Shown here: positions 62,960 to 64,000 of the stretch, in pieces
Layout: each line of letters begins with the position of its first letter
Position numbering within the stretch: the first letter of the stretch is position 1
Assembly: GCF_963921235.1 (NCBI RefSeq)
Contig: NC_086097.1
Coordinates: 181,786,001 to 181,850,000 of the forward strand
Reading direction: 5' to 3'
Source of the DNA: Mobula hypostoma
Lineage: Eukaryota
Length of the DNA stretch: 64,000 nt
Notes under the pieces: model-generated
Databases searched by the model: none
Seen by the model: the letters and a program-made list of their open reading frames with translations, nothing else
Told to the model about the DNA's origin: nothing
Position numbers and translations under genes: made by a program

Positions 62960-64000
62960 CAGAGGTTCCCCTTAAACATTACACTTTTCACCCTTAATCT
63001 ATGTCCTCTAGTTCTAATCTCACCCAACCGGGGAAGAAGCCTGCTTTGTATTTGCCCAATTTATACCACTCATCATTTTTTATACCCCTATCAAATCTCC
63101 CCTCATTCTCCTGTGTTCCAGGGAATGAAGTTGTTACCTATTCAGCCTTTCCTGATAGCTCAGGTTATCAAGTCCCAGAAACATTCTTGTAAATTTTTTA
63201 TTTTGTGCAGGTAGGTTACCGGAATTGCGCACAGTATTTCAAATTCTGCCTCACCAACATCTTGTTCATAACAGCTCAACAGCTCCTGTATTTAATGCCC
63301 TGATTTATGAAGGCCAGTGTGGTAATAACTCTCTTTATGATGTCATCTACCTGTGACATCACTTCCAAGGAATCATGGATCTGTATTCCCAGATCCCTTT
63401 GTTCGACTGCACACTTCAGAGCCCTACCATCCACTCTGTAAATCCTAACTTGGTTTGTCTTGTCAAAGAGCAACACCTTACTCGTTCCACCTGGACAAGT
63501 AGGTACCTCCGTCTGCAACTGGATCCTTGACTTCTTCACGGGACACAACAATCTGTGCAGATCAGAAATAACTTCTCCTTGCTGACAATCCACGCTGGCA
63601 TACCTCAAGGATGCATGCTTAGCCCAATACTTTACTCTTTCTATACTCACAACTGTGTGGCATGGCACAGCTCAAACACTTCCTGTAAATTTGCCAACAA
63701 TACAATTATCGTTGGCAGAGTTTTGGATGGTGATGAGGAGGAGAGATAGATCAGCTGATTGACTGGTGCTGTAACAACAACCTTGCACTCAACTTCAGTC
63801 AGGTCAAGGAATTGATTGTAGACTTCAGGAAGGGGAGGTTGAGGGAACACACACCAGTTCTCATCAAGAGATCATCAGTGGGTAGAGTAAGCACTTGCAA
63901 GTTCCTGTGTGTCAGCATCTTGAAAATCTATCTCAGGCCCATTATACTGATGCAATTACAAAGAAGGCATGACAACAGCTATATTTCATTAGGAGTTTGA
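62960..64000. mobile_element. CR1 fragment (about 62960-63485 -) followed by a Rex1/Babar RT fragment (about 63495-64000 +)
   Basis: VEQRDLGIQIHDSLEVMSQVD on -; GIPQGCMLSPILYSFYTHNC, KFANNT, MIVDFRKG on +. Confidence 0.8.

Larger units (their letters stand above)
16218..64000 (+). other. AGAP3: AGAP3 intron 1 (partial, >47 kb)
   Basis: GT donor at 16218; no sequence encoding the expected next exon (DSFVNSQEWTLSRSVPELKV) found by eye downstream. Confidence 0.7.

Overview
Repeat-rich vertebrate genomic DNA. The repeat content (CR1 and Rex1/Babar LINE fragments, V-SINE-like SINEs, Penelope termini) suggests a cartilaginous fish, probably a ray; this is inference. The only host gene I can support is the 5' end of AGAP3: a CpG-island promoter and first coding exon (15863-16217, +), followed by an intron running past the window end (>47 kb; exon 2 not found by eye). 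The rest is layered transposons: CR1, Rex1/Babar, a young RTE with a twin-priming-type 5' inversion, hAT (Charlie/Buster), Tigger/pogo, a piggyBac MITE, a probable Helitron, a decayed BEL/Pao element and tRNA-SINEs. The most interesting signals are an intact minimal hammerhead ribozyme motif in a Penelope-derived insertion (41330-41365) and a set of tiny Penelope-terminus insertions, several folded back on themselves, with 12-14 bp target-site duplications and ends often falling in that ribozyme motif. Also notable are the inverted RTE and a CpG-retaining degenerate ~55 bp repeat just behind AGAP3 exon 1. I see no evidence for a new protein-coding system. Old-repeat boundaries are approximate (tens of bp) and family calls come from recognising motifs, not database searches.
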